64,000 nt of DNA from Malacoraja senta (GCA_038087875.1 CM075987.1:23996001-24060000); one strand, 5' to 3'; positions 50,109 to 63,164 are shown, counted from the first letter of the stretch. The notes: generated by a model not told the origin, from the letters alone. Numbers and translations are program-made.

Positions 50109-50131
50109 AGGCAAAGATTGTCTCACTCAAG

Positions 50132-50340
50132 CTGAGTAACTCAGCGGGTCAGGCAGCATCAATGGAGAAGGTGGATGGGTAACGTTTCGGATCGGGACTC
50201 TACTTCAGACACCCAATCTCAGTCTGAAGAAGGGTCTCGAACCGAAACGTCACCCATTCCTTCTCTGCCTGTCCCGCTGAGTTACTCCAGCATTTTGTGT
50301 CCATCTTCGATTTAAACCAGCATCTGCAGTTCCTTCCTAT
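50132..50340. mobile_element. Penelope-derived fold-back repeat
   Basis: Inverted arms; hammerhead-like motif at 50224-50251. Confidence 0.75.
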
Positions 50341-52667
50341 CCAATCTCACCAGATCTGTGTCGAGTTCTCTCAGAAATCAATGTGTGGTTTGCCTCAGAC
50401 AAGTTCATAAGGTTATAAGTGATAAGAGCAGAATTAGGCCATTCGGCCCAACAAGTCTACTCCACCATTCAATCACAGCTGATCTATCTTTCCCTCTCAA
50501 CCCCATTCTCCTGCCTTCTCCCCATAACCATTGACACCCGTACTAATCAAGAATCTGTCAATCTCTGCCTTAAAAATATCCATTGACTGAAATTGGGTGT
50601 TGGTGCTAATTGAAAAGCGTCTCAGACTAAACTTGCTGTGGAAATGTAACTCAAAGGAGCTGGGGGATGTTTTCTTAACCTGTTGTTTTCTGCCAGGGGG
50701 ATTTTTCAAACCATGGTAGAGGATCTTTTATTGCTTTTAATCAGTCCACGGACAGCGTTGGATGTAGAGATACCAGCAGAGCGTTTTCTTTAAGAACTAC
50801 AACTTTTGCTGAACTTGTAAGAATGTACAATATGAAGTGAGATCTCCCTCTACAGGTAGCGATTGTGGGGAAAAGTAAATGGAACGTGGACTTTTAAACT
50901 CTTCCGCCACACATAGAGCTGAAGCCATCCAGTGGGAATGTGGCTAGTTCACATTAGACACCTGTTTTATGCTCAGCCAATTTTGCGCGCTGTTGGGGTT
51001 GGCATTGCTTTGATTACTTTCAGGAACAATCCATCATTCTGACAGGCTGCACAGTGAACATAATCAGCGCTCAGACAACTCCCGGTTCTGTATCTAACCC
51101 CGGAGAATCTGGGATTGACTGGAGAAGCTGGGGTTGGTTGCTCCCCCTTGCAACAAAGAAGGCCGAGAGGAAATCTCGCGGAGGTGGACAAAAACGATGA
51201 CAGTTATCGATCGGGTAGAGAGTGAGAGGCCTTTCACACGAGCCAACGGTTCACGGGGGCCAAGGGACATGAGTTCAAAGTGCTGAGCAAAAGATGCAGG
51301 AGGCATGTGAGGGGGGACTGTTTCTGGAACGACCTGCAATTCATCATCTACGAGGGTGGTAGAAACGTAGTGAAGTAAAAATTTGAAACAGAATTGAATA
51401 GTGATTTGAGGAAAACTAATTTTCAGGGCTGTGAGAACAGGCCAGTGGACTGGTGGGCGAGGAGTTGTTGTGGGGGAGGTGGCAGGTTTTGGGAAGGAAT
51501 AGCCTGGACAAAATTGTTCTTACTTGTAGCCAGCTTGGAGAAGTCTGGACAACGCCATATTAATTCTACAAATGGACCTTGAACTTTGATCTGGCCAGAA
51601 GTTGTATAATCAGCTAGGAAATTTAAATGTTCAAATTATATCATAATTCTTTCAGCACACAGATCGAAACGTTGGACTCAAAGACTAAACACCTACTGAT
51701 GCTTCGACCAATCATAGAGTCTGAAGAAGGGTCCCGACACGAAACGTCACCCATTCCTTCCATCCAGAGATGCTGCCTGTCCACCTGAGTTACTCCAGGA
51801 TTTAGTGTCTCTAGAGTTTACAGCATGGAAACAGACCCTTTGGCAGATTCTGATCGATCTCTTGTGTATATTTTTACTTACTGTTTTATTCCCAGATTTT
51901 TCCAAATATTCTGGTGATGTGAACAAAGACCGGTCTTCGAGTCATAGAGTCACAGAGTCATACGGCATGGAAACAGGCCCTTCGGCCCAACTTGTCCACG
52001 TCAACCAACATGCCCCATCTACACTAGTCCCATCTGCCCATGCTTAGCCTATTACGCTCTAAACCTATGCTATCCACATAATTTATAAGAGCAGAATTTG
52101 GCCATTTGGCCCATCAAGTCTACTCCATCATTCAATCATGGCTGATCTATCTGTCTTTCCTGCTCAACCCCATTCTCCTGCCTTCTACCCATAACCCCTG
52201 ACACCTAACAACCAAAAACTAAAACTTGATTGCAGCGATTAAAGTTATTAATATAGTTGTTAATATAAGCTCTCTTTAATGCATTGTCATAATCTGCAGC
52301 GAAATAGCACCATTGTGAAGAATTTGTACCATTGGGAACTAAACCCAGGCTTCTTTCTTCATAGAAAAAGAGAGGTGCGACTGTGGATATTTGGTACAGC
52401 AAGAAAACTTGAAAGTGGTCATCACAATTATGTCTATTATCTTTATCCTTTTGATAATAGCAAATATTGTCATCATCATCATTCTGTTTTCAAAAGCAAA
52501 GAAGACATGGTAAGCAATTCATGACGAGTTTATAGTTCCAAATGCATTTTACTTTCAACAGAACTTTGAAATGCTGGAATCTCCAAACTAGTTTTCAATG
52601 GAATCTGCTTTGGGATTTTTAGTTTAGTTTAGTTTAGAGATACAGCGCGGAAGCAACGACCAAGAAA

Positions 52668-53665
52668 GCAACGCCTTTACTTCCTAAGAAGGCTTAGGAA
52701 GTTCTGCATGTCCCCTACAACTCTCACCAAACTCTACAGATGCGCCGTAGATTGCATTTTATCAGGATGCATCACAGCTCCATCCAAGACCGCAAGAAAT
52801 TTCAGCAAATTGTGGACGCAGCCGAGACCATCACACAAACAAATTTCCCTACTATTGACTCCACTTATACCTCACGCTGCCCAGCAGCATAATCAAGGAC
52901 GAGTCGCATCCTGGCCACTCTCTCTTCTCCCCATCAGGCAAAAGGTATAGAAATGTGAAAACACACACCACCAGATTCGGGGACAGTTTCTTCCCAGCTG
53001 TTATCAGGCAACTGAATCATCCTACCACAACTAGAGAGCAGTGCTGAAAAAAGATCCTATAGCGAAGCAAGATAGACCACTCCTTCTAAATGCAAAAGGC
53101 TGACGTGTAGTGAGCAACGGAGTGGAACGTGGGCCTTTTTTTCATCCATTTCAGTAACCCGACCCGACCCGACTCGCAGTGTAATCAACGTTGCGGGGGA
53201 ACAGTTTGTGTTAATAAATTATAATTCTGAAAATGAGGAGAAGATTTTTACCAAAGAACTGTTATTTTTACGAGGATGTTTCCGTAACCGGCTTCCGTCC
53301 CCGCACTAGTATCTTTGCTCCGCTACGGGAGCTTTGGTGCGGAGACGGAAGCCGGTTACGGAAATGGGGCCGAAAATTACCCATGAATCTGCCCATGATC
53401 GTACTACGTCTTTTTCGACGAGTGATCTATCTTGCTTGCCATAGGATCTTTGGTGCTGAACTACTATCTACCTCTTTGATGACCCTCGGATTATCCTTGA
53501 TCGGACTTTGCTGTCTTTACCTAGCACTAAACGTTATTCCCTGATCAAGTATTTGTACACCGTAAATGGCTCGATTGTAATCATGTGTTGTCTTTCTGCT
53601 GACTGGATAGCACGCAACAAAAGCTTTTCACTGTACCTCGGTAGACGTGACAATAAACTGAACTG
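52668..53665 (+). mobile_element. Rex1/Babar-like LINE 3' fragment with nested hAT MITE
   Basis: RLYFLRRLRKF, LYRCAVDCILSGCIT peptides; 3' UTR resumes after the insert. Confidence 0.85.
53049..53452. mobile_element. hAT-type MITE (404 bp)
   Basis: ~33-bp TIRs (C/A)AAAGATCCTAT(A/G)GC..AAGCAAGATAGA; perfect 8-bp TSD GTGCTGAA at 53041-53048 and 53453-53460. Confidence 0.9.
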
Positions 53666-54135
53666 AAACCGAAACACACACATACGATAAAAAATCAACA
53701 GATTTCCAACAAAGCCTAAAATATATCGGTGAAAGAAAGAAAGTACTGGGTATTTAGAAAAAAAAATTAAATGATAAGGATTCTCACAAATTATTCATTT
53801 AAGGTGAATTAAAGAGAATGTATTGGTTACGTATAGCAATTCAGAGGCTTGAATTATTCATCAGAAGACAGCTTTTTATGTTCGCTGTAAAATTTAAGTT
53901 CAGTTAATTAAAAAATCTAATGATGATCTTAAGAATGATCTAATGATGATCTAATGAAGATTACAGAAACCAGACCATTTCTCTTTGACGAGAGATGATG
54001 CCCGACCTGCTGAGTCTCCAACATCTTTCAGATTTTCAGAAGCTGCAGTTTTTTGATTTTCATATACAGATTTTTAGGTTTAGAGTTATTATTGTCACCT
54101 GTACCGAGGTACAGTGAAAATACTTGATTGTATTA

Positions 54136-54313
54136 AAGAAGGAACTGCAGATGCTGGAAAATCAAAGGTAGACAAAAGTGCTGGAGAAACTCAGCGGGTG
54201 CAGCAGCATCTATGGAGCGAAGGAAATAGGCAACGTTTCGGGCCGAAACGTTGCCTATTTCCTTCGCTCCATAGATGCTGCTGCACCCGCTGAGTTTCTC
54301 CAGCACTTTTGTC
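54136..54313. mobile_element. Penelope-derived element with perfect 71-bp-arm palindrome and 17-bp TSD
   Basis: Arms 54171-54241 and 54243-54313; TSD AATACTTGATTGTATTA. Confidence 0.9.
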
Positions 54314-54364
54314 AATACTTGATTGTATTATGTACTATACATAATACAATCGTCAGACTCAAGT

Positions 54365-54960
54365 ACATAAGGTCATAAGTGATAGGAGTAGAATTAGGCC
54401 ATTCGGCCCATCAAGTCTACTCCACCATTCAATCATGGTTGATCTATCGCTCCCTCCTAACCCCATTCTCCTGCCTTCTCCCCACAATCTCTGACGCCCG
54501 TACTAATCAAGAATCTATCTATCTCTGCCTTAAAAATATCCACTGGCTTGGCCTCCACAGCCTTCTGTGGCAAAGAATTCCACAGATTCACCACCCTCTG
54601 ACTAAAGACATTTCTCCTCATCTCCTTTAATTCTGAGGCTATGACCTCTAGTCCTAGACTCTCCCATTAGTGGAAACATCCTCTCCACATCCACTCCATC
54701 CAAGCCTTTCACTGTTTCGATGAGGTCCCCCCTCATTCATCTAAACTCCAGCGAGTACAGGCCCAGTGCCGACAAACGCTCATCATAGGTTGACCTACTC
54801 ATTCCTGGGATCACTCTTGTAAACCTCCTCTGGACCCTCTCCAGAGCCAGCACATCCTTCCTCAGAATTGTTCACAATATTCCAAATGCAGCCTTAGAGC
54901 CTCAGCATTACATCCCTGTTTTTTATACAAGCCCTCTTGAAATAAGTGCTAGCATTACAA
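54365..54960 (-). mobile_element. CR1 LINE 3' fragment
   Basis: Homologous to 39513-40010. Confidence 0.85.
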
Positions 54961-56845
54961 TCCTGAGTTCATTCTAACTCAACGGCAATACAGATCAAAC
55001 CATCAAACATGTGTAAGAAGGAACTGCAGATACTGGTTTAAACTGAAGATAGACACAAAAAGCTGGAGTAGCTCAGCGGGACAGGCGGCATCTCTGGAGA
55101 GAAGGAATGGGTGATGTTTCGGTTCGAGACACTTCCGAAACGTCACCCATTCCTTCTCTCCGGAGATGCTGCCAGTCCTGCTGAGTCAACCCATAAAACA
55201 TCTCCAGTTCAATTATTTAAACACTGTTCCACTGGCTCCTGAGATTACGGAGTTGAATTTATTTCTTGCTGTTTATGATGCTTAAGTGTCTTTTTATTGC
55301 TCAATTTTGAGTTGCTAGATCTGTTGAGAATCTGTACCATTTAGCATGGTGGGTGTGCCACACAGCAAGAAGGATTCCTTATGGTGGACCTTATAGGATG
55401 TCATCTCAGTGTTTATACTTCATTGATAAGAGAGCACATATTCTTTGACTAATACAGCATCGTGAACATGTCTTTGTAACACACAGGTTTGAGACTCATG
55501 TAATTTTAGAAACATCTGGTTTTCAAGAGTATTTAGTGGTTTATTGGGAATGATATTGGCCAAGTGTAAAAGGAAGCGGGCATAATATTTTTTTTTACAA
55601 TGCCAACTCTGATCAATTTCATCCCAATATTTTTCATGGAATTTCTGAGAGAATTCCCCAAAACTAATATTCTTAGAACCGCAACTTGTTTTGATTTAGT
55701 CACTGAACCAGTAGAGTTGATTTTGCATGACCGATTCGAATACTTCTGTATTAATGCTTTATTATTTATGTAACAATTATAATCAATTTATAAGCAGAGT
55801 TGGCACCGTAAAACTGAACACTCTTCTGCTTTGACTGCAAATGGTGCTCAACTGGATCAGCAGAGCAAAATGCATTTAATCCAAAGTTTCTCCTCCGTTG
55901 GGTATCTGCCATGGATCGATGCCATCAGCAAGTAGCTTAAAACGTTTTATTTTGGAGTGGAAGCGTGATACCATAGTGTCATAGCGTCAAACACACTCTT
56001 TAGCCCATCTCATTTTGAACGATGATCAAGTGCCCACGAACAGACATCATATTTTCCCCTCCTATCTTCATCAACTACCCACGAGCCATTTCCTCCCCAT
56101 CCGCAATTCTTTGAAGGAAATATGAGGGGCGCAAAGTTTAAAGGAGATGTGCGGGGCAAGTTTTTCTTTGCACAGAGAGTGATGGGTGCCTGGACCGTGC
56201 CGCCAGGGGTGGCGGTGGAGGCAGATGCGATATTGGTGGTGTTTAAGAAGCTTTTAAACAGCTTTGATTAGGCTGTGATTGGTACAGGTGTCAGGGGTTA
56301 CGGGGAGAAGGCAGGAGAATAGGGTTTAGAGGGCGACATCGATCAGCCATGATTGAATGGCGGAGTAGACTTGATGGGCCGAATGGCCTACTTCTTCTCC
56401 TATCACTTATGAACTTGTGAGATATGCACAAGGATATGTGGAGAGTGAAGGGATATGAATCTTGTGTAGTCAGATGGGATTAGTTTATCTTGGCATCATG
56501 TTCGACACAGGCATTGTGGGCCAAAGGAAATATTCCTGATCTGTACTGTTGAACAGAGATGCTGCCTGACTCGCTGAGTTATCCAGCATTATATTCTTTG
56601 CTCAAAATTCCAACATCTGCAGTTCCTTGAGTCTACCAGACTGTTCTTTGTTCTACAATCCACCAGTATTTCAGAAGCCTTCTACATTGCTGTTAAGACT
56701 TGATGAATTCAGGACAATGGGAGGAAGTCCAAGAACTTTAGCTGAGGCTTCCTCGGGGGGAAGGTGCATTGTTTATCAAACAGCAGGGTTCAATAGTTAC
56801 AAAACCTTTGGTTGCAGCTGTGCTGTATCTTGAAAAAGACCAGCG

Positions 56846-57207
56846 AAAGGCTTGGATAGAGTGGATGCGGAGAGGATGTTTCAACTAGTGGGAGAGTCTA
56901 GGGCTAGAGGTCACAGCCTCAGAATTAAAGGACGTTTTTTTAGGAGGGAGATGAGGAGAAATTTCTTTAGTCAGATGGCGGGGAATCTGTGAAATTCTTT
57001 GCCGCAGAAGGCTGTGGAGGCAAAGTCAGTTAATATTTTTAAGGTGGAGATAGATAGATTCTTGATTAGTACAGGTGTCAGAGATTGTGGGGGGAAAGCA
57101 GGAGAATGGGGTTAGGAGGGAGAGATAGATCAGCCATGATTGAATGGCGGAGTAGACTTGATGGGCCGAATGGCCTAATTCTACTCCTATTCCTTATGAC
57201 CTTATGT
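56846..57207 (+). mobile_element. CR1 LINE 3' fragment
   Basis: KGLDRVDAERMF...RARGHSLRIKG plus 3' UTR. Confidence 0.85.
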
Positions 57208-57294
57208 TCTTGTGCCAAGAAGACTACAAGCGACGGTATAAAGAGGAGATGATCAAAGTGATGGGCTGAGAGAACATATTCTGAAATACAGGCT

Positions 57295-57985
57295 TGATTT
57301 ATATCAACGGGTCGATAGTTGAAAGGGTCAAGAGCTTCAAATTCCTGGGCGTGCACATCTCTGAAGATCTTTCCTGGTCCGAGAACACTGATGCCATTAT
57401 TAAGAAAGCTCATCAGCGCCTCTACTTCCTGAGAAGATTACGGAGAGTCGGTTTGTCAAGGAGGACTCTCTCTAACTTCTACAGGTGCACAGTAGAGAGC
57501 ATGCTGACCGGTTGCATTGTGGCTTGGTTCGGCATCTTGAGCGCCCTGGAGAGGAAAAGACTACAAAAAGTAGTAAACACTGCCCAGTCCATCATCGGCT
57601 CTGACCTCCCTTCCATCGAGGGGATCTACCACAGTCGCTGCCTCAAAAAGGCTGGCAGTATCATCAAGGACCCACACCATCCTGGCCACACACTCATCTC
57701 CCTACTACCTTCAGGTACAGGAGCCTGAAGACTGCAACGACCAGGTTCAGGAATAGCTACTTCCCCACAGCCATCATGCTATTAAACCTGGCTCGGACAT
57801 AACACTGAACTTTATTAGCCAATACTGTTATTTGCACTTTATCAGTATATTGATTCATGTGTGTATATATTTATAGAATACCTTGTAGTCAATGCCTACT
57901 ATGTTCTGTTGTGCTGAAGCAAAGCAAGAATTTCATTGCCCTATCAGGGACACATGACAATAAACTCACTTGAACTTGAACTTGA
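57295..57985 (+). mobile_element. Rex1/Babar-like LINE 3' portion
   Basis: ORF VERVKSFKFLGVHISEDLSW...KAHQRLYFLRRL...FYRCTVESMLTGCIVAW; (CTTGAA)n tail. Confidence 0.9.
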
Positions 57986-58079
57986 TTTACCATGAAAACA
58001 ATTATGTTGAGTGATTGATTCCCTTCTGCAAGGAGTATTGCACGGACGTCAGATACGGGACTACAGTACATCATACTAG

Positions 58080-58410
58080 CACTCGGTCCGCCAAGGCCTA
58101 CTGGATCTCTTGGTTGCTAAGCATTGCAACTCCTCTTCCCACTCCCACACTGACCTTTCTGTCCTGGGCCTCCTCCATTGCCAGAGTGAGACCACAAGCA
58201 AACTGGAGGAACAGCACCTCATATTCCACTTGGGTAGCTTACAACCCCAACCTCTGACATTGGAGTAGGCCCAGGACAGAAAGCTCAGTATGGGAAGGGG
58301 GGGGGGGGGGGGGGTGGGGGTTTAAAATGGTTCGCAACCGGGAGATCCAGCGGGCCTCAGTGGACCCAGCGCAGGTGTTCGGTGAAACGGTCGGCGAGTG
58401 AGCACACCGA
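58080..58410. mobile_element. Penelope GIY-YIG endonuclease C-terminal fragments in inverted arrangement
   Basis: Plus strand 58080-58247 reads HSVRQG...SHSHTDLSVLGLLHCQ...KLEEQHLIFHLGSLQP; minus strand 58255-58400 reads DRFTEHLR...VANHF. Confidence 0.8.
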
Positions 58411-58499
58411 GTTAAACATAAAGACTTGGATTAAAATAGCAGCTAAAGTTTTAAAAAGGTAACTTCAATTATTTCAAGAAAAGTCGAATTTTGAAGTGA

Positions 58500-60785
58500 T
58501 TATTCTGACAAAAAAGTGTGCCTCTGTTACACGGGTGGGTTTAAACTAAATAGTGGGGGGGGGGGGGGGAGGAGACAAGTTGGAAATACAAGGATGGAGT
58601 TAAAGGGAAAGAGAGTATAGGAAAAGTTAAGAAAGACACCAGAATTAATGGAGCAGAAAGCTCACAAAGGGATAGGAGAGTATGGCCATATGAAATTGGA
58701 ATCGATGCAAAAGGTGAGGTGAGTAATGGATTAAAAGTATTATATATGAATGCACGAAGTATAAGAAATAAAGTGGATGAGCTTGAGGCTCAGTTAGAGA
58801 TTGGTAGATATGACATTGTGGGGATTACAAAGACATGGCTGCAGGAGGATCGGGACTGGGAACTGAATATTCAGGGTTATACGTCCTATAGAAAGGACAG
58901 GCAGGTGGACAGAGGAGGTGGGGTAGCTCTGTTGGTGAGAAATGAAATTCAGTCCCTTGCGAGGGGTGACATAGGGACTGACGATGTAAAGTCGCTGTAG
59001 ATAGAATTGAGGAATTGTAAAGGTAAGAAGACACTAATGGGAGTTATCTACAGGCCCCCAAACAGTAGCCTGGATATAGGGTGCAAGTTGCAGCAGGAGT
59101 TAAAATTGGCATATAACAAAGGAAATGCCACTGTGATAATGGGAGATTTCAATATGCAGGTAGACTGGGAAAATCAGGTTGGTTCTGGACCCGAAGAAAG
59201 GAGTTTGTAGAGTGCCTCCGAGATGGATTCTTAGAGCAGCTTGTACTGGAGCCTACCAGAGAGAAGGCAATTCTGGACTTTATGTTGTCTAATGAACCAG
59301 ATTTAATAAGGGAACTCAAGGTTAAGGAACCGCTGGGAGGTAGTGACCATAATATGATTTTTAAATCTGCAATTTGAGAGGGAGAAGGTTAAATCAGAAG
59401 TGTCAGTGTTGCAGTTGAACAAAGGGGACCATGAAGGCATGAGAGAGGAGCTGGCCGAGGTCGACTGGGAAAGGATCCTAGCAGGAATGACGGTGGAACA
59501 GCAATGGCAGAAATTTCTGGGCATAATCCAGAAGATGGCAGGATCATTTCATTGCAAAGAGGAAGAAAGATTCATAGGGGAGTAAGAGGCAACCGTGGCT
59601 GACAAGGGAAGTTAGGGATGGAATAAAACTAAAAGAAAAGGTGCATGACATTGCAAAGAGTAGCAGGAAGCCAGAGGATTGGGAAACTTTCAAAGGACAG
59701 CAGAAGGTAACAAAAAGGGCAATACGGGGTGAAAATATGAAGTACGAGGGTAAGCTGGCCATATAAAGAAGGATAGTAAAAGCTTCTTTAGGTATGTTAA
59801 GAGAAAAAGATTAGTAAAGAGAAATGTCTTGAAGGTAGAAACAGGTGAAATTATTATGAGGAGCAAGGAAATGGCAGAAGAGTTGAACAGGTACTTAGGT
59901 TCTGTCTTCACTAAGGAAGACACAAACAATCTCCTAGATGTACTAGAGGACAGAAGATCTAGGGAGGCAGAGGAATTGAAAGAAATTTGCATTAGGCGAG
60001 AAATAGTATTGGGTATTCTGATGGGACTGAAGGCTGATAAATCCCCAGAGCCTGATGGTCTGCATCCCAGGGTACTCAAGGAGGTGGCTCTAGAAATTGT
60101 GGACGCATTGGTGATCATTTTCCAACGTTCTATAGATTCAGGATCAGTTCCTGTGGATGGAGGGTAGCTAATGTTATCCCACTTATCAAGAAAGGAGCGA
60201 GAGAGAAATTATAGACCAGTTAGCCTGACATCGGTGATGGGGAAGAAGTCAATTATTAAAGAAGTAATAGCGGCACATTTGGATAGCAGTAAAAAGATTG
60301 GTCAGCATGGATTTATGAATGGGAAATCCTGCTTGACTAATCTTCTGGAATTTTTTGTCAGAATGGCAGGCAGTGGCGAGTGGAGTGCTGCAAGGCTCGG
60401 TGCTGGGGCCGCAACTATTTACAATATATATTCATGATTTAGATGATAGGATTAAAAGTAACACTAGCAAATTTGCAGAACCAGGGGCCACAGTCTATAA
60501 GAATAAAGGGGAGGCCATTTAAAATTGAGATGAGAAAAAACTTTTCACCCAGAGAGTTGTGAATTTGTGGAATTCACTGCCACAGAAGGTAGTGGAGGCC
60601 AATTCACTGGATTAATTTAAAAGAGAGTTCGATAGAGCTCTAGGGGCTAGCGGAATCCAGGGATATGGGGAGAAGGCAGGCACGGGTTACTGATTGTGGA
60701 TGATCAGCCATGATCACAATGAATGGCGGTCAGGCTCGAAGGGCCAAATGGCCTCCTCCTGCACCTATTTTCAATGTTTCTATGA
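58500..60785 (+). mobile_element. Long degenerate CR1 LINE (APE endonuclease plus partial RT, internal deletions)
   Basis: YMNARSIRNK...GITKTWL, GVIYRPPN, MGDFN, KSPEPDGLHPRVLKE, NYRPVSLTS; stops and frameshifts; jumps from SKFA to the 3' end. Confidence 0.95.
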
Positions 60786-61888
60786 AGGAACTTTATTCCT
60801 CGCAATTAAGATGAGAGGGTGTCAGGAGTTATTACGCCTGAGTGTCTCATTTGAAATCCATTCACAAGGCTTGAAATTTTCATGAGTTTTTGCTCGCAGA
60901 GTATTGTACAAAAAGGCTGATTTTTCTCCCATATTAATGACCTCCAAAGGTTTGTATTTCTTCAAGAGATCACTTGCTAGAGAACTCTCGTATCTTTGAC
61001 AGAACTTTATTTTTTCTGGGTGGGGGATTTCTATAAGTTGGCGTCGCGTTCAAAGTATAAAGATGACAAACGGTGAGGTTTGCCTTTGGTGTAACCATAT
61101 AAGGCATTTGTATAAAAGACGCATCAAACTATTTATATATCCCTGTTAAAATGGCAAAGGAATTTGAAACAATTAAGCATTTCTGAACATAATAAGGCAC
61201 CATTGAGTTTAACTTCTAGTAGGGAGAATCTTGAATCACCAGCATTTTGTTTTGATCACTATTAATAAGAGCAGTTCATATCGTGGACCATTGAACATTC
61301 ATTTCCACAGAATGGATATATAAAGAAAAGCGTTCTTAAATCGACTTATTTTGATCATGTAATCCCTTTTTGAGTAATATTCGGATAAAATTAGGCCATA
61401 GGATAAGACGGGACACAAGTAAATTTGAGACTCATGAGACCATTGGAGAAGAAAGTGCTCACATTATTTTCTGACATTGGGCCTGCAATGAACCATGATG
61501 ATACTGGGAAATATATTAGTGGAAGATTAAATTGATCGCGCAATAATGGACTATATTTTGCGGTTTCATCTTTTTTAATGACACGCCATTGAAGAATTAT
61601 TGGCTAAACTGAACAGTGGAGATGAAAGGCATTACATGAATTGAACGGGGAGTTGAGTTTGGCTTCAGTCATTGCAGTGGGGGACGATGGAAATAAAAGA
61701 AAGGACTGCAGATGCTGGAAATCTGAAATACTCAGCAGGTCAGGAAGCATTCGTGGAGAGAGAACCGGAGTTAATATTTCAGGTTTGGGACCCTTCATCA
61801 GAACTGGCAAAGTGATAAAAACAAGTTGCTTTTCAGCAGAAGAGAAGGTGGGAAGGGTTGGGCTGAACAAACATATTTGTTAGACTTA

Positions 61889-62092
61889 AGGGCCTGTCCC
61901 ACTTGAGCGTCATTTGCGCGTCAAGTACATCCCAAAATCCTGGGGCGCCGCGCGCGACCGCGCGTCACTGCCTACGTCACCACGCACCATGCGCGCTTCA
62001 CATGCGCGTCACGACACGTGCGCCGTGCGTCATGACACGTAAATGATGTCGCGTAAATGACGCGCGAATGACGCCCAAGTGGGACAGGCCCT
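61889..62092. mobile_element. MITE family E (204 bp, GCGTCA-rich)
   Basis: Near-perfect AGGGCCTGTCCCACTTG TIRs; flanks TTA/TAA. Confidence 0.9.
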
Positions 62093-62138
62093 TAAGACCC
62101 AATGGATTAGTGAGAGCGGTTGAATTGGCGGCTGTAAA

Positions 62139-62297
62139 AGGGCCTGTCCCATTTACCCGATTTTTTCGCCGACTTGCCGGCACTCGTCATAGTCGCAGCA
62201 GGACGTCGAAAAGTTTCAACATGTTGAAAATCCAGCGGCGACCAGGAAAAGGTACGACTCTTTGGGCGACTGCTCACCACCCAACAGGCGTCACCCA
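62139..62297. mobile_element. Truncated MITE (left TIR only)
   Basis: AGGGCCTGTCCCATTT start and internal TTTCAACATGTTGAAAA. Confidence 0.7.
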
Positions 62298-63164
62298 GTC
62301 TGAAGAAGGTTCTCGACCCAAAACGTCACCCTTTCCTTCTCTCCAGAGATGCTGCCTGTCCCGCTGAGTTACTCCAGCATTTTGTGTCTATTTAAAGAAA
62401 GAGTGAGTTACCCCAAAGATGGAAAATTCAATATCATGTCTGGAAGGCCTCAATCTCTCATTCTTTCCGCGGATGCTGAATACAACTGGGTGCATGGGCT
62501 GGAGTACAGCATTCTGAGTCTCACATTATGGAGTCTCACAGCGTGGAAACAGGCCCTTTAGCCCAGCTTGCGCACACAGACCAACATGCCCCATCGACAC
62601 TAGTCACACCTGTCTACATTTGGCCCATATCCCTGCTAAACCTATCCTACTCCTGTACCTGTTCAAATGTTTTTTTGAACATTGTGATAGTGTTGACAGC
62701 CAACGTAAAAAAAAATCATCTTTTCAACTTGATCGCTCTAATTGCCTTTCAAGGTATTAAATACTTATCTGCTAAAGAAATAGTTTGAGCTATTTTCATA
62801 TATGAATGCATGAAATGGAAGCTCAGAGAGAGAATAATAAAGCAGATGAAGGGGAGTACTTAATCAAGAAATAAAATAGTTATTAATAAGATTGGGGCAG
62901 TTGTCTTAAGGATCATCGTCAAGATGCCAGTCACCCTGTCCATTCCCTATTCCCTCTTTGAATTTCCTCAGGTTCCCCAGCTTTAACCACTTAGATGGTT
63001 CTGGCTTAAACATGCAGCTGAGGTCAGTGACCCTGTTAAAAAGGACAGGCAGCATCACTGGAGAGAAGTAATGGGTAACATTTCGGGTCGAGACCCTTCT
63101 CCAGACTTAACTGGAACTGCCATGTGAAACACATGGCAAAATGCTGTTCCACTGACTCCATTTA

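Noticed and set aside
58500..60785. Active CR1 element
   Set aside because: Multiple stops and frameshifts, and a deletion that removes the RT catalytic aspartates and most of the downstream ORF.
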